From Promethearchaeota archaeon (GTDB taxonomy: Archaea; Asgardarchaeota; Lokiarchaeia; Sigyniarchaeales; SOKP01): DNA of 64,000 nt. Shown in pieces: positions 9,719-19,606 of the stretch; within the stretch, counting starts at the first letter, position 1, and each line of letters starts with the position of its first letter. The notes beneath the pieces were generated by a model. The model made no database searches. It had not been told where the DNA came from and saw nothing but the letters and a program-made list of their open reading frames with translations. A program made the translations under genes and the position numbers. The stretch is taken from NCBI GenBank assembly GCA_019058365.1, contig JAHPZE010000004.1, positions 1 to 64,000 on the forward strand, in the 5' to 3' direction.

Positions 9719-10810
9719 TTGAAAATGCGTGTACAAAAACCTTTATCAAAAAAGAAAACAACACAACAAACAATTTCCATTTCTCCAGCCCTTAAAGATA
9801 AGATCGAGAGATATGTAAATGAAAATAATGAAAAAAATCCAAATGATAAGAGGTTCAAAAGCGTTTCTGCTTTCTATAATTTTATTCTAGAAAAATCTAT
9901 GAATTGCTTCGAAAAAGGAAAAACTCTTGATGACTTTGAAGCATTTGTAGACAGTGAAATTAAAGGGTTCTTTGATAAAATTTCTTTCAATGCCTTAATT
10001 CCATATTATGAGACGGCTATAAGAACAAATCGGTATACAAATCCCACTTTTGAAAAGAATCCTTTTTTTTACTTAACTATAAGAAGATTGTATCTTGATA
10101 GAATGGACTCCTACGATATCTCTAGCATTAAAAACGTATTCAGTAGAGTAAGAAACTTTTTATTTTCAAATAATCTTACAAAGGAAGTTAATTTGGACCT
10201 TTTTACTGGGAAGACTGGAAAAGATTTATCAGGAGTATTTGAATATACTGGAATATACAAAAATTTGACTTTTGAAAATTGTAAATATAATGGGGCACTT
10301 TTCGGATTGCTAGGTGTGAAAATTACTAACTTTTTATACTCAGATAAAAATAATTACTTCAGGTTCGATTTAAAAACCACAGACTTATTTTATAGAAGAG
10401 ATTTGGCAAAGAAAGAGAGAATAAAACTAATCAACCAGAATCTCTCTTATTTATTCAATTATCTTAGAGTTCTTAATGATAAAGACTATTATTTTTGGAT
10501 GAGATTAGCTGAAGATAAACAAGTTTTAATCACATTCAATAGGGAAGAAACTAAAAATAATTGGGTTAATTTAATAGAAGAAGAAATCGAAAAATTTGGA
10601 GATGCAGAAGAATTTCCTCTTTATTTGCTAAGATTTTTTGAGAAATTACATTGGATTGAAATTAAAAGTGAAAGAGACTTAAGTTTTCAAATTAGACTAT
10701 CCAAATCGAAATACCCTCATGAAAAAGAATTCTTATTGGAGACTCTTTCAAAAAAATCAAAAATCTCAAATGAACATGAGAATTATTACTTAGAAGAATT
10801 TTCATTCTAA
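9719..10810 (+). CDS. Hypothetical protein with N-terminal ribbon-helix-helix-like domain (paralog 1)
   Basis: QQTISISPALKDKIERYV...FKSVSAFYNFILE strand-helix-helix pattern; full-length paralog at 11189. Confidence 0.6.
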   Translation: MKMRVQKPLSKKKTTQQTISISPALKDKIERYVNENNEKNPNDKRFKSVSAFYNFILEKSMNCFEKGKTLDDFEAFVDSEIKGFFDKISFNALIPYYETAIRTNRYTNPTFEKNPFFYLTIRRLYLDRMDSYDISSIKNVFSRVRNFLFSNNLTKEVNLDLFTGKTGKDLSGVFEYTGIYKNLTFENCKYNGALFGLLGVKITNFLYSDKNNYFRFDLKTTDLFYRRDLAKKERIKLINQNLSYLFNYLRVLNDKDYYFWMRLAEDKQVLITFNREETKNNWVNLIEEEIEKFGDAEEFPLYLLRFFEKLHWIEIKSERDLSFQIRLSKSKYPHEKEFLLETLSKKSKISNEHENYYLEEFSF

Positions 10811-10833
10811 ATAGAATTAGTTTATTATTATTG

Positions 10834-10864
10834 AAAAGAAAAAAAGAGGGACTTCGTCCTCTTT
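10834..10864 (-). terminator. Hairpin followed by a U-tract on the minus strand
   Basis: AAAGAG-G-GAC TTC GTC-CTCTTT stem-loop next to an A-run (U-run on minus). Confidence 0.45.
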
Positions 10865-11188
10865 AACCCTGCCATTTTTCCCTCTTTTTACTTTTATGGC
10901 AAGTGTCTCCTGTCATTCCCTTGATTTTTATCGTTAAAAATTACCCAAGTATAATTTTTTAAGAGGATATTTAAAGCTTAATATTAACTATCATTTTTGA
11001 TGATTTAGATAATAGATAATCCCAAAGAAAAAATGTGTAGACTTTTAACAATAATTTAATGATTAAGAATAAATGTATCTTGTAAAAGTTTATTCAATTG
11101 CAAATTTGCATTAAAAGAGGATGTAAATTTACTTATTTAAACTTTTCAACTAATAAAAATTTAAAATATAGATTAAATTTAAAATAAC

Positions 11189-12262
11189 ATGACCAAAAAA
11201 AAATACCTCTCAAATAAGAAAACTGCCCAACAAACGATTTCCATATCACCAGCTCTTAAAGAGTGGATTAAAAGATATGTAAATGTAAATCACAGAGATA
11301 TTCCTAATGATAAGAGATTTAAAAGTATATCTACTTTTTATAATTATGTTATGGAGGACGTTATGGAACTGTTTAAGAAAGGCAAAACTCTTGATGACTT
11401 TAAAAGAGTAGAAGATAAAGAAGTAAAAGATTTCTTTGAACCTTTCACATTTAATGCTATAATTCCTCTCTACGAAATGATTTCAGAATCTAATCGATAT
11501 ACTCCTTTTTCTTTTGAATTTACAATTAGGTTTTTATTACATTATACAAATTGGTTGAGAAAGCATTTTAAACCGGAAAATTTTGAGGATTTAAATCTTT
11601 TATTTGAAAGGATAAGAACTCGGTATGGTACTAGTAATGTTTCTACTGATATGAGGTTGGATATCATTCTTGGTGAAAATAATCAACCTATTCGAGGAAT
11701 ATTAGAATTTATTGGAAAACAAAGAAATCTCCATTTTGAGAACTGTAAATACTTCGCAGCGATATTTGGAATGCTAGGAGCAAGAGTGATTGACTTTATA
11801 TATTCACCCGTAGATTATTATTGCAGATTTGACTTGGTTGAGACAGAACTTTTATTTAAAAAGGAATTAGTTAAGAAAGAAAGGCAAAAACTTCTAAAAG
11901 AAAACGTAAATTATATAATAAACTATAATAGAATGCTCGATGAGAAAGATAAATATTTATGGATGAATTTAGCAGAAGATAATGAATTGTTTATAAGCTT
12001 TAAAAGTACAAATGCATTTATTAAATGGATTAAAATTATAGAGGAAGATTTAAAAAAATTTGGTACACAAGAAGATTTTCTTACAAAGATATTACAATTC
12101 TTTAATAAAATACATTGGATTAGAATTGAAAGTTTAAAGGATCTATTATTTCGAATTGAGCAACAAATCGAAAAAAATCCTGAACAAAAGCAATTATTAA
12201 TTGATTATCTTTCCCAGTATGCAGAAATCTCTCAAAAAGATACGATATACTCTTTAAAATAG
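11189..12262 (+). CDS. Hypothetical protein with N-terminal RHH-like domain (paralog 2)
   Basis: Shares QQTISISPALK, PNDKRFKS, KGKTLDDF, FENCKY, RFDL, W..LAED and FF.K.HWI motifs with 9719..10810. Confidence 0.6.
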   Translation: MTKKKYLSNKKTAQQTISISPALKEWIKRYVNVNHRDIPNDKRFKSISTFYNYVMEDVMELFKKGKTLDDFKRVEDKEVKDFFEPFTFNAIIPLYEMISESNRYTPFSFEFTIRFLLHYTNWLRKHFKPENFEDLNLLFERIRTRYGTSNVSTDMRLDIILGENNQPIRGILEFIGKQRNLHFENCKYFAAIFGMLGARVIDFIYSPVDYYCRFDLVETELLFKKELVKKERQKLLKENVNYIINYNRMLDEKDKYLWMNLAEDNELFISFKSTNAFIKWIKIIEEDLKKFGTQEDFLTKILQFFNKIHWIRIESLKDLLFRIEQQIEKNPEQKQLLIDYLSQYAEISQKDTIYSLK

Positions 12263-12349
12263 CTTAATATAAGCAATATTTTACATTTTATTCTCTTTTA
12301 TAGCGAAATTTGATCATTCTCTGCTTACTAATGGTTTAGCTTTTAACTC

Positions 12350-12547
12350 TTGGCCTGTATTGATCTAGATGGCTCTCATATTCAATTTAATTCATTTTCT
12401 TTATTTGATCTTAAAGATGCTCAAAAAAATCCTGAAAAGTACCAAAAATTTACGGTTCGGGTTTCAGACTATAGCACAAGATTTGTTGATCTCCCAAAGG
12501 CAGTTCAGAATGACATTATTGCTAGACATTGCTATGCGAATGTATAA
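12350..12547 (+). pseudogene. C-terminal remnant of a glycyl-radical enzyme (PFL-like), radical Gly replaced
   Basis: HIQFN...LKDAQKNPEKY...VRVSDYS..FVDL...Q.DIIAR; the canonical RVxGY reads RVSDY; no N-terminal barrel. Confidence 0.8.
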
Positions 12548-12687
12548 AATCTATTGTAAACTAGAACTTGCTGTTAACTATTTAAAATAACCTATATTAA
12601 AATATCCCAAACCTTTTTTGAAAATTATTATAAGATTTATTACTTCACTAATTATTGTATTTGATTATTATTAAATAGAAAATTCGA

Positions 12688-14613
12688 TTGAATATGGAAG
12701 AATTTGATTATGAAAAATTAGGTCTTAAGTGCGGATTAGAGATCCATCAACAACTTGATACAGAAAATAAGTTATTCTGTAGATGTCCAACTAAACTTCA
12801 AGGAACTCGAGAGCCAGATTTTACTGTAAATCGAAAAATGAGACCAGTTTTAGGCGAAATGGGAACATATGACACAGCAATGCTTACAGAGTACGAAAAG
12901 GGAATGGGAATTACATATGAAGGATATAATGATGTGGTGTGTACCTATGAACTCGATGATACACCTCCATTTTCTTGTAATAAAGATGCAAGAAAGGTAG
13001 CACTACAAATTGCTATGCTTTTAAACGCCAATATAATCGAAGAAATGCATGTATGTCGTAAAAATTATTTAGATGGAAGTGTCCCCAGCGGATTTCAACG
13101 TACAATGATACTAGGCACTGATGGCTACGTAACTTTAGAAAGTAGTAAAAAAATCCGGATAGATATTTTAAGTCTGGAGGAAGAAGCTGCGAGAAAAATT
13201 AAAACTGAAAATAAAATAAATTTTTTTCGTTTAGATCGATTAGGAATTCCTTTGGTAGAGGTCACAACCAAACCCGATATAAATACACCAAATGAATGTC
13301 GAGAATGTGCTGAAAGAATTGGATTACTATTATGGTCAACAAATGTAAAAAAAGTCCTTGGATCAATTAGACAAGATGTTAATGTGAGTATTGAAGCGGG
13401 AACGCGAATTGAAATAAAGGGTGTACAGAAATTAGGATGGATTCCAATCTTGATCAATCATGAAATTTCACGCCAATTAAAACTTCTTGAAATTAAGGAA
13501 GAACTTAAAAAAAGAAAACTAGATTATAAAGACATTCCAGAAATCCCTATAGATTTAACCGATACATTAGTTAAAACAAAATCCAATTTTATAGTAAAGG
13601 GTATTAAATCAGGAAAAAAATTATTCGGGATCAATTTTAGGGGATTTAAGGGTATTTTTGGAAAAGAATTAATGGAAGATTATAGATTTGGAACAGAAGT
13701 TAGTGGTAAAGTAAAATTGATATCTGGTTTGAGAGGAATTATTCACTCCGATGAAGATTTAAATAATTACAATTTTTCAAATCAGGATATTAAGAAAATC
13801 AAAGATAAATTAACATTTAAAGAAACGGATTGTTTTGTATTAGTATTAGGATCTAACAAAGAAGTGGACAAAGCGATGAATGTTCTTATCAATCGTGTAA
13901 AATTTGCTTTCAAAGGTGTGCCTCCCGAGACTAGAAAAGCCCTAGAAAATGGAAATACAGAATTTTTAAGAGAACTTCATGGGGGTGCTAGATTGTACCC
14001 TGACACAGATTCAGAAGCTATTTTTAATTCCGAAGAAGAAATCAAGCAGATTAGAAAAAATCTCCCAGAATATCCATGGGTAACTATAAAAAAGTATTCT
14101 AAAAAATATAAAACTGAAGAGAGATTGATAAAAGACCTTATTTTTACAGGTAAACTCAAATTATTCGATGATTTAATAGAATTATCTCCTGATAATCCCT
14201 CTTTAATCTTTACAACTCTATTAGAAACTACAACTGCCCTTAGAAGAGAGGGGAAAAATATTGAAAATATAACTGACATTGATTTTCTTGAAATTTTTAA
14301 TCTTTTAAAAAAAAAAGAAATTAGTAAAGAAGCAATTGAAGAATTAATGAAACTTAAAGCTGATACTCCTGAATATTCTATTGATCAGATTAAATCAAAA
14401 TTAAAAATAGAGATTATTTCTGAAGTGGAACTTAAACAATTGATTGTCGAGATTGTAAATAGAAACTCTAAACTGATAAAAGAAAAAGAAATGAGAGCAA
14501 AAGGACCTTTGATGGGAGAAGTTATGAAAAAAGTTCGAGGAAAAATTGATGGTGCTATCGTTTCTAAGGAACTAGAAAATTTAATAAAAGAAAAAATAAG
14601 GGAGTTGAAATAA
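12688..14613 (+). CDS. gatE: Glu-tRNA(Gln) amidotransferase subunit E
   Basis: GLKCGLEIHQQL, KLFCRCP, DGSVPSGFQRT, LDRLGIPLVE, IRQDVNVSI, GVPPETR, RLYPDTD. Confidence 0.97.
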   Translation: MNMEEFDYEKLGLKCGLEIHQQLDTENKLFCRCPTKLQGTREPDFTVNRKMRPVLGEMGTYDTAMLTEYEKGMGITYEGYNDVVCTYELDDTPPFSCNKDARKVALQIAMLLNANIIEEMHVCRKNYLDGSVPSGFQRTMILGTDGYVTLESSKKIRIDILSLEEEAARKIKTENKINFFRLDRLGIPLVEVTTKPDINTPNECRECAERIGLLLWSTNVKKVLGSIRQDVNVSIEAGTRIEIKGVQKLGWIPILINHEISRQLKLLEIKEELKKRKLDYKDIPEIPIDLTDTLVKTKSNFIVKGIKSGKKLFGINFRGFKGIFGKELMEDYRFGTEVSGKVKLISGLRGIIHSDEDLNNYNFSNQDIKKIKDKLTFKETDCFVLVLGSNKEVDKAMNVLINRVKFAFKGVPPETRKALENGNTEFLRELHGGARLYPDTDSEAIFNSEEEIKQIRKNLPEYPWVTIKKYSKKYKTEERLIKDLIFTGKLKLFDDLIELSPDNPSLIFTTLLETTTALRREGKNIENITDIDFLEIFNLLKKKEISKEAIEELMKLKADTPEYSIDQIKSKLKIEIISEVELKQLIVEIVNRNSKLIKEKEMRAKGPLMGEVMKKVRGKIDGAIVSKELENLIKEKIRELK

Positions 14614-15972
14614 ATGAGTGAAAAATTAAAAGGTTATAGAGGAGAAGGTAAAAAACTCTTAGAAAAATATAAACTTGAAATTTGGGATATCGTTCAAATT
14701 AAAACAGAAAAAACTAATTATGAAGGGATTATCTTACCAAGATATGAATATTCAGCTCCCAATTTCATAAATATTAAATTAGAAAATAATTACAATGTGG
14801 GAATAAAGGTTTCTGAAATACAAGAAATCAAAAAAATTGGAAAAAAAGAAGCATCATATAAAATTCCAGAAAAAGAATTCCCTATAGATAAAAACCTCCC
14901 CAATTTAAAATTATTTGGAACTGGTGGAACAATTGCCTCAAGATTAGATTATACAACGGGGGCAGTAATTCCTTCCTTTACACCGGGAGAATTATATAGT
15001 TCAGTTCCAGAATTAGCAGAAATTTGTAATCTTGAATGTGAAATAGTTTTCGAAATCCTTTCGGAAAACATGAAACCAGATAATTGGCAAAAGTTAGCAG
15101 AACGAGTTGTAGATACAGCAAATTCTGGAATTTATGGCATCATCATTGGTCATGGAACTGATACAATGTCATTTACTAGTGCAGCACTTTCTTTTATGAT
15201 AAAAGACTTATCTATCCCCGTAGTCCTTGTGGGTAGTCAAAGAAGTTCTGATAGACCTTCCTCAGATGCAGCATTAAATCTAATTAATGCGGCAATTGTA
15301 GCAAAGTCAGATATTGCTGAAGTAGTTGTTGCAATGCTAGGATCATCATCTCATGATTATGGATTAATCCATAGAGGAACATTAGTAAGAAAAATGCATT
15401 CTTCTGTAAGAAATACTTTTAGGACTATAAATAACATACCTTTAGGTATGGTTCAAAATAGAAAAATCAAAATGTTTACTGATAATTATAAGAAAAGATT
15501 GAAATCTAAAGCAATAGCAATTACTAATTTTGAAAAAAAAGTTGCTTTAATCTATTCATATCCTGGAACTGATAACGATTTATTAGACTTTTACATTGAT
15601 AAGGGATATAAAGGGATTGTAATTGCTGGAACAGGATTAGGACATGTTTCTACTACAATTTATGATTCAATAAGAAGAGCTATTCAAGAAGGTATAACTA
15701 TTCTCATGACTACTCAAACTCTCCATGGATTTGTTGGAATGAATGTATATTCCACAGGAAGGGAATTATTAAACTTGGGAGTCATATCAGGAGCAAATTT
15801 ATTACCCGAAGTAGCTTATGTGAAAATGGGTTGGGTTCTCGGACAGACTAACAATCCTGAAGAAATAAAAACTTTATTATTAGAGAATATAGCAGGTGAG
15901 TACTTAGAAAGAGAAATCCCCATTGCTTTTAATTATAACATCGATGAATTATTAAAAGCTAAGAAACTCTAA
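14614..15972 (+). CDS. gatD: Glu-tRNA(Gln) amidotransferase subunit D
   Basis: KLENNYNVG, TGGTIASRLDYTTG, HGTDT, GSQRSSDRPSSD, RKMHSS; follows gatE. Confidence 0.97.
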   Translation: MSEKLKGYRGEGKKLLEKYKLEIWDIVQIKTEKTNYEGIILPRYEYSAPNFINIKLENNYNVGIKVSEIQEIKKIGKKEASYKIPEKEFPIDKNLPNLKLFGTGGTIASRLDYTTGAVIPSFTPGELYSSVPELAEICNLECEIVFEILSENMKPDNWQKLAERVVDTANSGIYGIIIGHGTDTMSFTSAALSFMIKDLSIPVVLVGSQRSSDRPSSDAALNLINAAIVAKSDIAEVVVAMLGSSSHDYGLIHRGTLVRKMHSSVRNTFRTINNIPLGMVQNRKIKMFTDNYKKRLKSKAIAITNFEKKVALIYSYPGTDNDLLDFYIDKGYKGIVIAGTGLGHVSTTIYDSIRRAIQEGITILMTTQTLHGFVGMNVYSTGRELLNLGVISGANLLPEVAYVKMGWVLGQTNNPEEIKTLLLENIAGEYLEREIPIAFNYNIDELLKAKKL

Positions 15973-16107
15973 ATTATTAATATTATACCTTCTTCTTTTT
16001 AGATAAAAATCTTACTTTTGAATTTTCTAACACATTTCAAGGAAAAAGATAAAAAATTTATAGTTTGAATAATTTAAGTTCATATTCAGAGAACATGGTG
16101 AAGTAGT

Positions 16108-16839
16108 GTGGGAAAACGAATTTTAGCACAGCGGAAAGGTAGAGGTGTTCTTGGGTTTAGAAGTCCGAGCCATAGGCATATAGGGGCTGTCAAATATCGT
16201 CCCTTCATAAAAAATGAGAAATTATTTACATTTAAAGTAATTGATCTTATCCATTCGCCAGGAAGAGGCACACCAATAGCTCGAATTCAATATCAAGATA
16301 CTAAAGAAAAGGCTTTATGGCTACCTCCAGAAGGAATCTTTATAGGGCAAGAATTTATACAATCTAAAACTGGATATGGCCAACCAGTCGAAGTTGGAAA
16401 TATTATGCCTTTAAAAAAGATACCTTTGGGAACATTAGTGTTTAACGTTGAGGCCACTCCACAGGACGGTGGCAAATTCGCACGCGCTTCAGGCGTTGCT
16501 GCGACTGTTAGAAATAAATCTGATAATAAAGTCGAATTACTATTTCGATCCAAAAAAACTAAATGGATAAACGAGAAATGTTTAGCTACAATTGGTGTAG
16601 TTGCCGGCGGAGGCCGTACAGATAAACCCTTCTTAAAAGCGGGTAATAAGTTTTATTATGTAAAATCTAAGGCTAAAAAATGGCCTGTTGTCCGTGGTGT
16701 TGCTATGGTTGCAGCATCACATCCATATGGCGGGGGTGCTAAGCAATCTCCACATAAATCTACAACAACTAGTAGGAATGCCCCTCCTGGTAGAAAAGTA
16801 GGGCAAATAGCAGCGAGAAGAACTGGACATCAGAATTGA
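16108..16839 (+). CDS. rpl2: 50S ribosomal protein L2 (uL2), archaeal type
   Basis: MGKRILAQRKGRG, HSPGRGTP, GGKFARASG, WPVVRGVAM, RNAPPGRKVG. Confidence 0.97.
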   Translation: MGKRILAQRKGRGVLGFRSPSHRHIGAVKYRPFIKNEKLFTFKVIDLIHSPGRGTPIARIQYQDTKEKALWLPPEGIFIGQEFIQSKTGYGQPVEVGNIMPLKKIPLGTLVFNVEATPQDGGKFARASGVAATVRNKSDNKVELLFRSKKTKWINEKCLATIGVVAGGGRTDKPFLKAGNKFYYVKSKAKKWPVVRGVAMVAASHPYGGGAKQSPHKSTTTSRNAPPGRKVGQIAARRTGHQN

Positions 16840-17035
16840 ATTATTTTAATCTCATCGCTTTATGGATTTAAAATTACCAATTTTAGTCTGATAGATTTTT
16901 ATATTTTAAATATTCTTATTCAATATTTTGTCATGAATGTGGTTCTAGATTTAAAAAATATAAACAAATCAGAAATTAAGATATTACGTCCCCTCAACCC
17001 TTAACAATTAAAAAAATGGAAAAGAAAAATTTAGC

Positions 17036-17932
17036 TTAATTAAGATTTACATTAAAATTAAAGGTAATATTTTGTAAAAACTCCTTATACCTTGAGCGAA
17101 GTGTCACCTCTGTGACTCCTATTACTCTTGAAATGTCTTTTTGACTTACCTTATGATTTTTTAGCTTTGAGACTAAATATATCGATCCTGCACACAACCC
17201 TTTTGGGTCCTTGCCACATATGGATGTGTTTTCAATGAAATTTCTTAAAATTTTTATGGCTTCCTTCTCAACATTAATGTCCAAACCTAAATTTGCACAA
17301 TAACGTGGTATAAGGGATACAGGATCAATATGAGGTGATTTTAAGTTCAATTCTCTGACTAAGATCTTATAGCATTTTTTCACGATGTTATCGTTTATCG
17401 ACGCTTCTTCTAAGATTTCTTGAAGAGTTATAGGAACCCTCTCTTGTTTACATACATAATATGCACATGCTGCAATCATACCATTTATAGATCTGCCCCT
17501 TAAGAGATTCTTTTTAAATACTTCTTTATAAAGAAGAACAGCTGATTTTTTTACCCTGTCTGGAAAATTTAAATTGCCCCCGATTCTTTTTAGTTCAGTT
17601 ATAGCAATAAGCATATTTCGCTTTTCCCATGATAAATGAGTATTCCATTTTGCTGCTCTTCTTAAATCAGGATTTTTAATTTTTGTTCTATCAATAATTG
17701 TACTTAAGCCTATATCAGGCATCAAAATTGAAATTGGGCAACCCGTTCTTTCTTTTTTGTCTTTTTCTTGCTTTGAATAAGCCCTTATACCACTGTGACT
17801 TACATCAACTGCCTTTTCGGAAACAACTAAACCACAGTATTGACAGACAATCTCCCCTCTTTGATGAATATCAATTGTGGAACCCCCACATTCGGGACAA
17901 AAACCTGTTTGCATTGATACTTCTAAAACCAT
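17036..17932 (-). CDS. tfb: Transcription initiation factor TFB (TFIIB family)
   Basis: Zn ribbon CPECG...CQYCG, two cyclin repeats (RGRS, GKDPKG), VTEVTLRSRYKE. Confidence 0.96.
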   Translation of the reverse strand: MVLEVSMQTGFCPECGGSTIDIHQRGEIVCQYCGLVVSEKAVDVSHSGIRAYSKQEKDKKERTGCPISILMPDIGLSTIIDRTKIKNPDLRRAAKWNTHLSWEKRNMLIAITELKRIGGNLNFPDRVKKSAVLLYKEVFKKNLLRGRSINGMIAACAYYVCKQERVPITLQEILEEASINDNIVKKCYKILVRELNLKSPHIDPVSLIPRYCANLGLDINVEKEAIKILRNFIENTSICGKDPKGLCAGSIYLVSKLKNHKVSQKDISRVIGVTEVTLRSRYKEFLQNITFNFNVNLN

Positions 17933-18378
17933 GAATTATAACCTTGATAAAAAATGTCCAGTATTTGTATTAATAATGATTTTTTACACACAATCTTTAC
18001 ATTTATAGTTTTTTGTTGTAAAAAAGCTTTTTTTTTTGTTATAATTATAGATCATATTTACATATTTAAATCTTTTCGTTATAAAATTTCCTTTATAAAT
18101 GCATAACTTTTGTATAAAAAAGTGTTTAAGTAATGTGAACAAAAAACTTTGTTAGTAAAAAGCATTAATGGATTCTTATAAAGTATGTATAATATTTAGA
18201 TTATATTTCCTTTGTTATAAAAGATGATACACTTGTTGTAAGTTTTTTAATATTATTTTTTAAAATCTTACACACAAATAGATCTTGACTCGGACTTAAA
18301 AAAAATAAAAAAACATTAAATAATAATTCTTTTATTATGTTTTCAAGCAAAAGTTAGTTAGAAATTAGTGGTGCAAAA

Positions 18379-19311
18379 ATTATCAACCTTAAGAAAAACG
18401 AGGATCAAGCCAACAAAGATAATGATGATGAGCTAAATATGAGTAACAATAATAATACTATTGATAAAACCGATGAGATGAAAAAATATGAAAAGGAAAC
18501 AGGTAGATATGCTATTTGGCGAGGAAATATTACAGAAGGTTTTAGAAAGTGGCAAAAGGGAGAAAAAGTGTATCAAAGAGATAAAGAAAGAATATCTCTA
18601 TATGTATCTGACGATACTAAATCAAAATGGTTAGAATATACTAAAAGTAATGGTGAATTAACAATTTCTAAATTAATTAGAGAAGCAGTGGCAGCTTTCA
18701 TTGTAAATAAATCAAATAGCCCAGATCATAAATTATCAAAATTAAATCCTCAAACAATTTCAAATATTTCTCATACATTAAAAGAACCATTAACTTCAAT
18801 TAAAGGCTATTCACAGTTATTACTTGAAAATTATAGGGAGAAATTGAATAATCAGGTTTTAGAAACAGTAAAAAATATCTTTGAGCAGAGTCTTCTTCTT
18901 GAGAAGAAAATAATAAATATTCTCGACAATATAAAAGTTGAGTCAGAATATGATGTTTTATTGATTGAAGATGATCTCGCAACCATTCGATTGATAACAA
19001 GTATATTCGACAGTAAGGGGTTTAAATGTAAAGGTGTAGTTAGTGGTTCAAAAGGGTTAGAGGAATTAGGAAATACAATTCCTAAAATGATATTATTGGA
19101 TATTATTTTGCCTGATTTAAGTGGATATGATATATGTAAAACTATAAAATCAGATAAGGAGTGGGCAAACATTCCAGTCTTTTTCTTAACTGCAATAGCT
19201 GGGACGGAAGTCGAAAAGAATTTAGACAATACAAAAGCCGATGGTTACATTTTAAAGCCATTTAATTTTTCTGATTTCGAAATAATCTTTGATATTTTGA
19301 AGAAAAGCTAA
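18379..19311 (+). CDS. RHH + HisKA(DHp) + receiver protein lacking a kinase (HATPase) domain (paralog 1)
   Basis: ERISLYVSDDTKSKW...TISKLIREAV (RHH); ISHTLKEPLTSIKGYSQLL (H-box); LLIEDD, LLDIILP, FLTA, KP (REC). First ATG is 18439; the frame is open upstream to an ATT at 18379 preceded by GGTG. Confidence 0.85.
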   Translation: MINLKKNEDQANKDNDDELNMSNNNNTIDKTDEMKKYEKETGRYAIWRGNITEGFRKWQKGEKVYQRDKERISLYVSDDTKSKWLEYTKSNGELTISKLIREAVAAFIVNKSNSPDHKLSKLNPQTISNISHTLKEPLTSIKGYSQLLLENYREKLNNQVLETVKNIFEQSLLLEKKIINILDNIKVESEYDVLLIEDDLATIRLITSIFDSKGFKCKGVVSGSKGLEELGNTIPKMILLDIILPDLSGYDICKTIKSDKEWANIPVFFLTAIAGTEVEKNLDNTKADGYILKPFNFSDFEIIFDILKKS

Positions 19312-19606
19312 ATTATAGCTTAATTTTATGGATCACTTTTTTATTTATAAATTAATTAACTAAATTTATAATATTTGGGCATAATCCTAATAATACAATA
19401 ACTTTATAATAAAAAACATTTATAAATGGATAAAAAATTAAAAACTATTGTAAATAATAGTAATTTTTTGAGAGATTTTTATTAAAAAAGGTGATGAAAT
19501 AAAATTTAGAAGGTTCAGTTTTCAATTTTAATATAATTTTTTATAACGAGAATGTTCGAGATATCTAAATTTTTACAAAATAATGAATATTAGATAAAAA
19601 AAAGGG

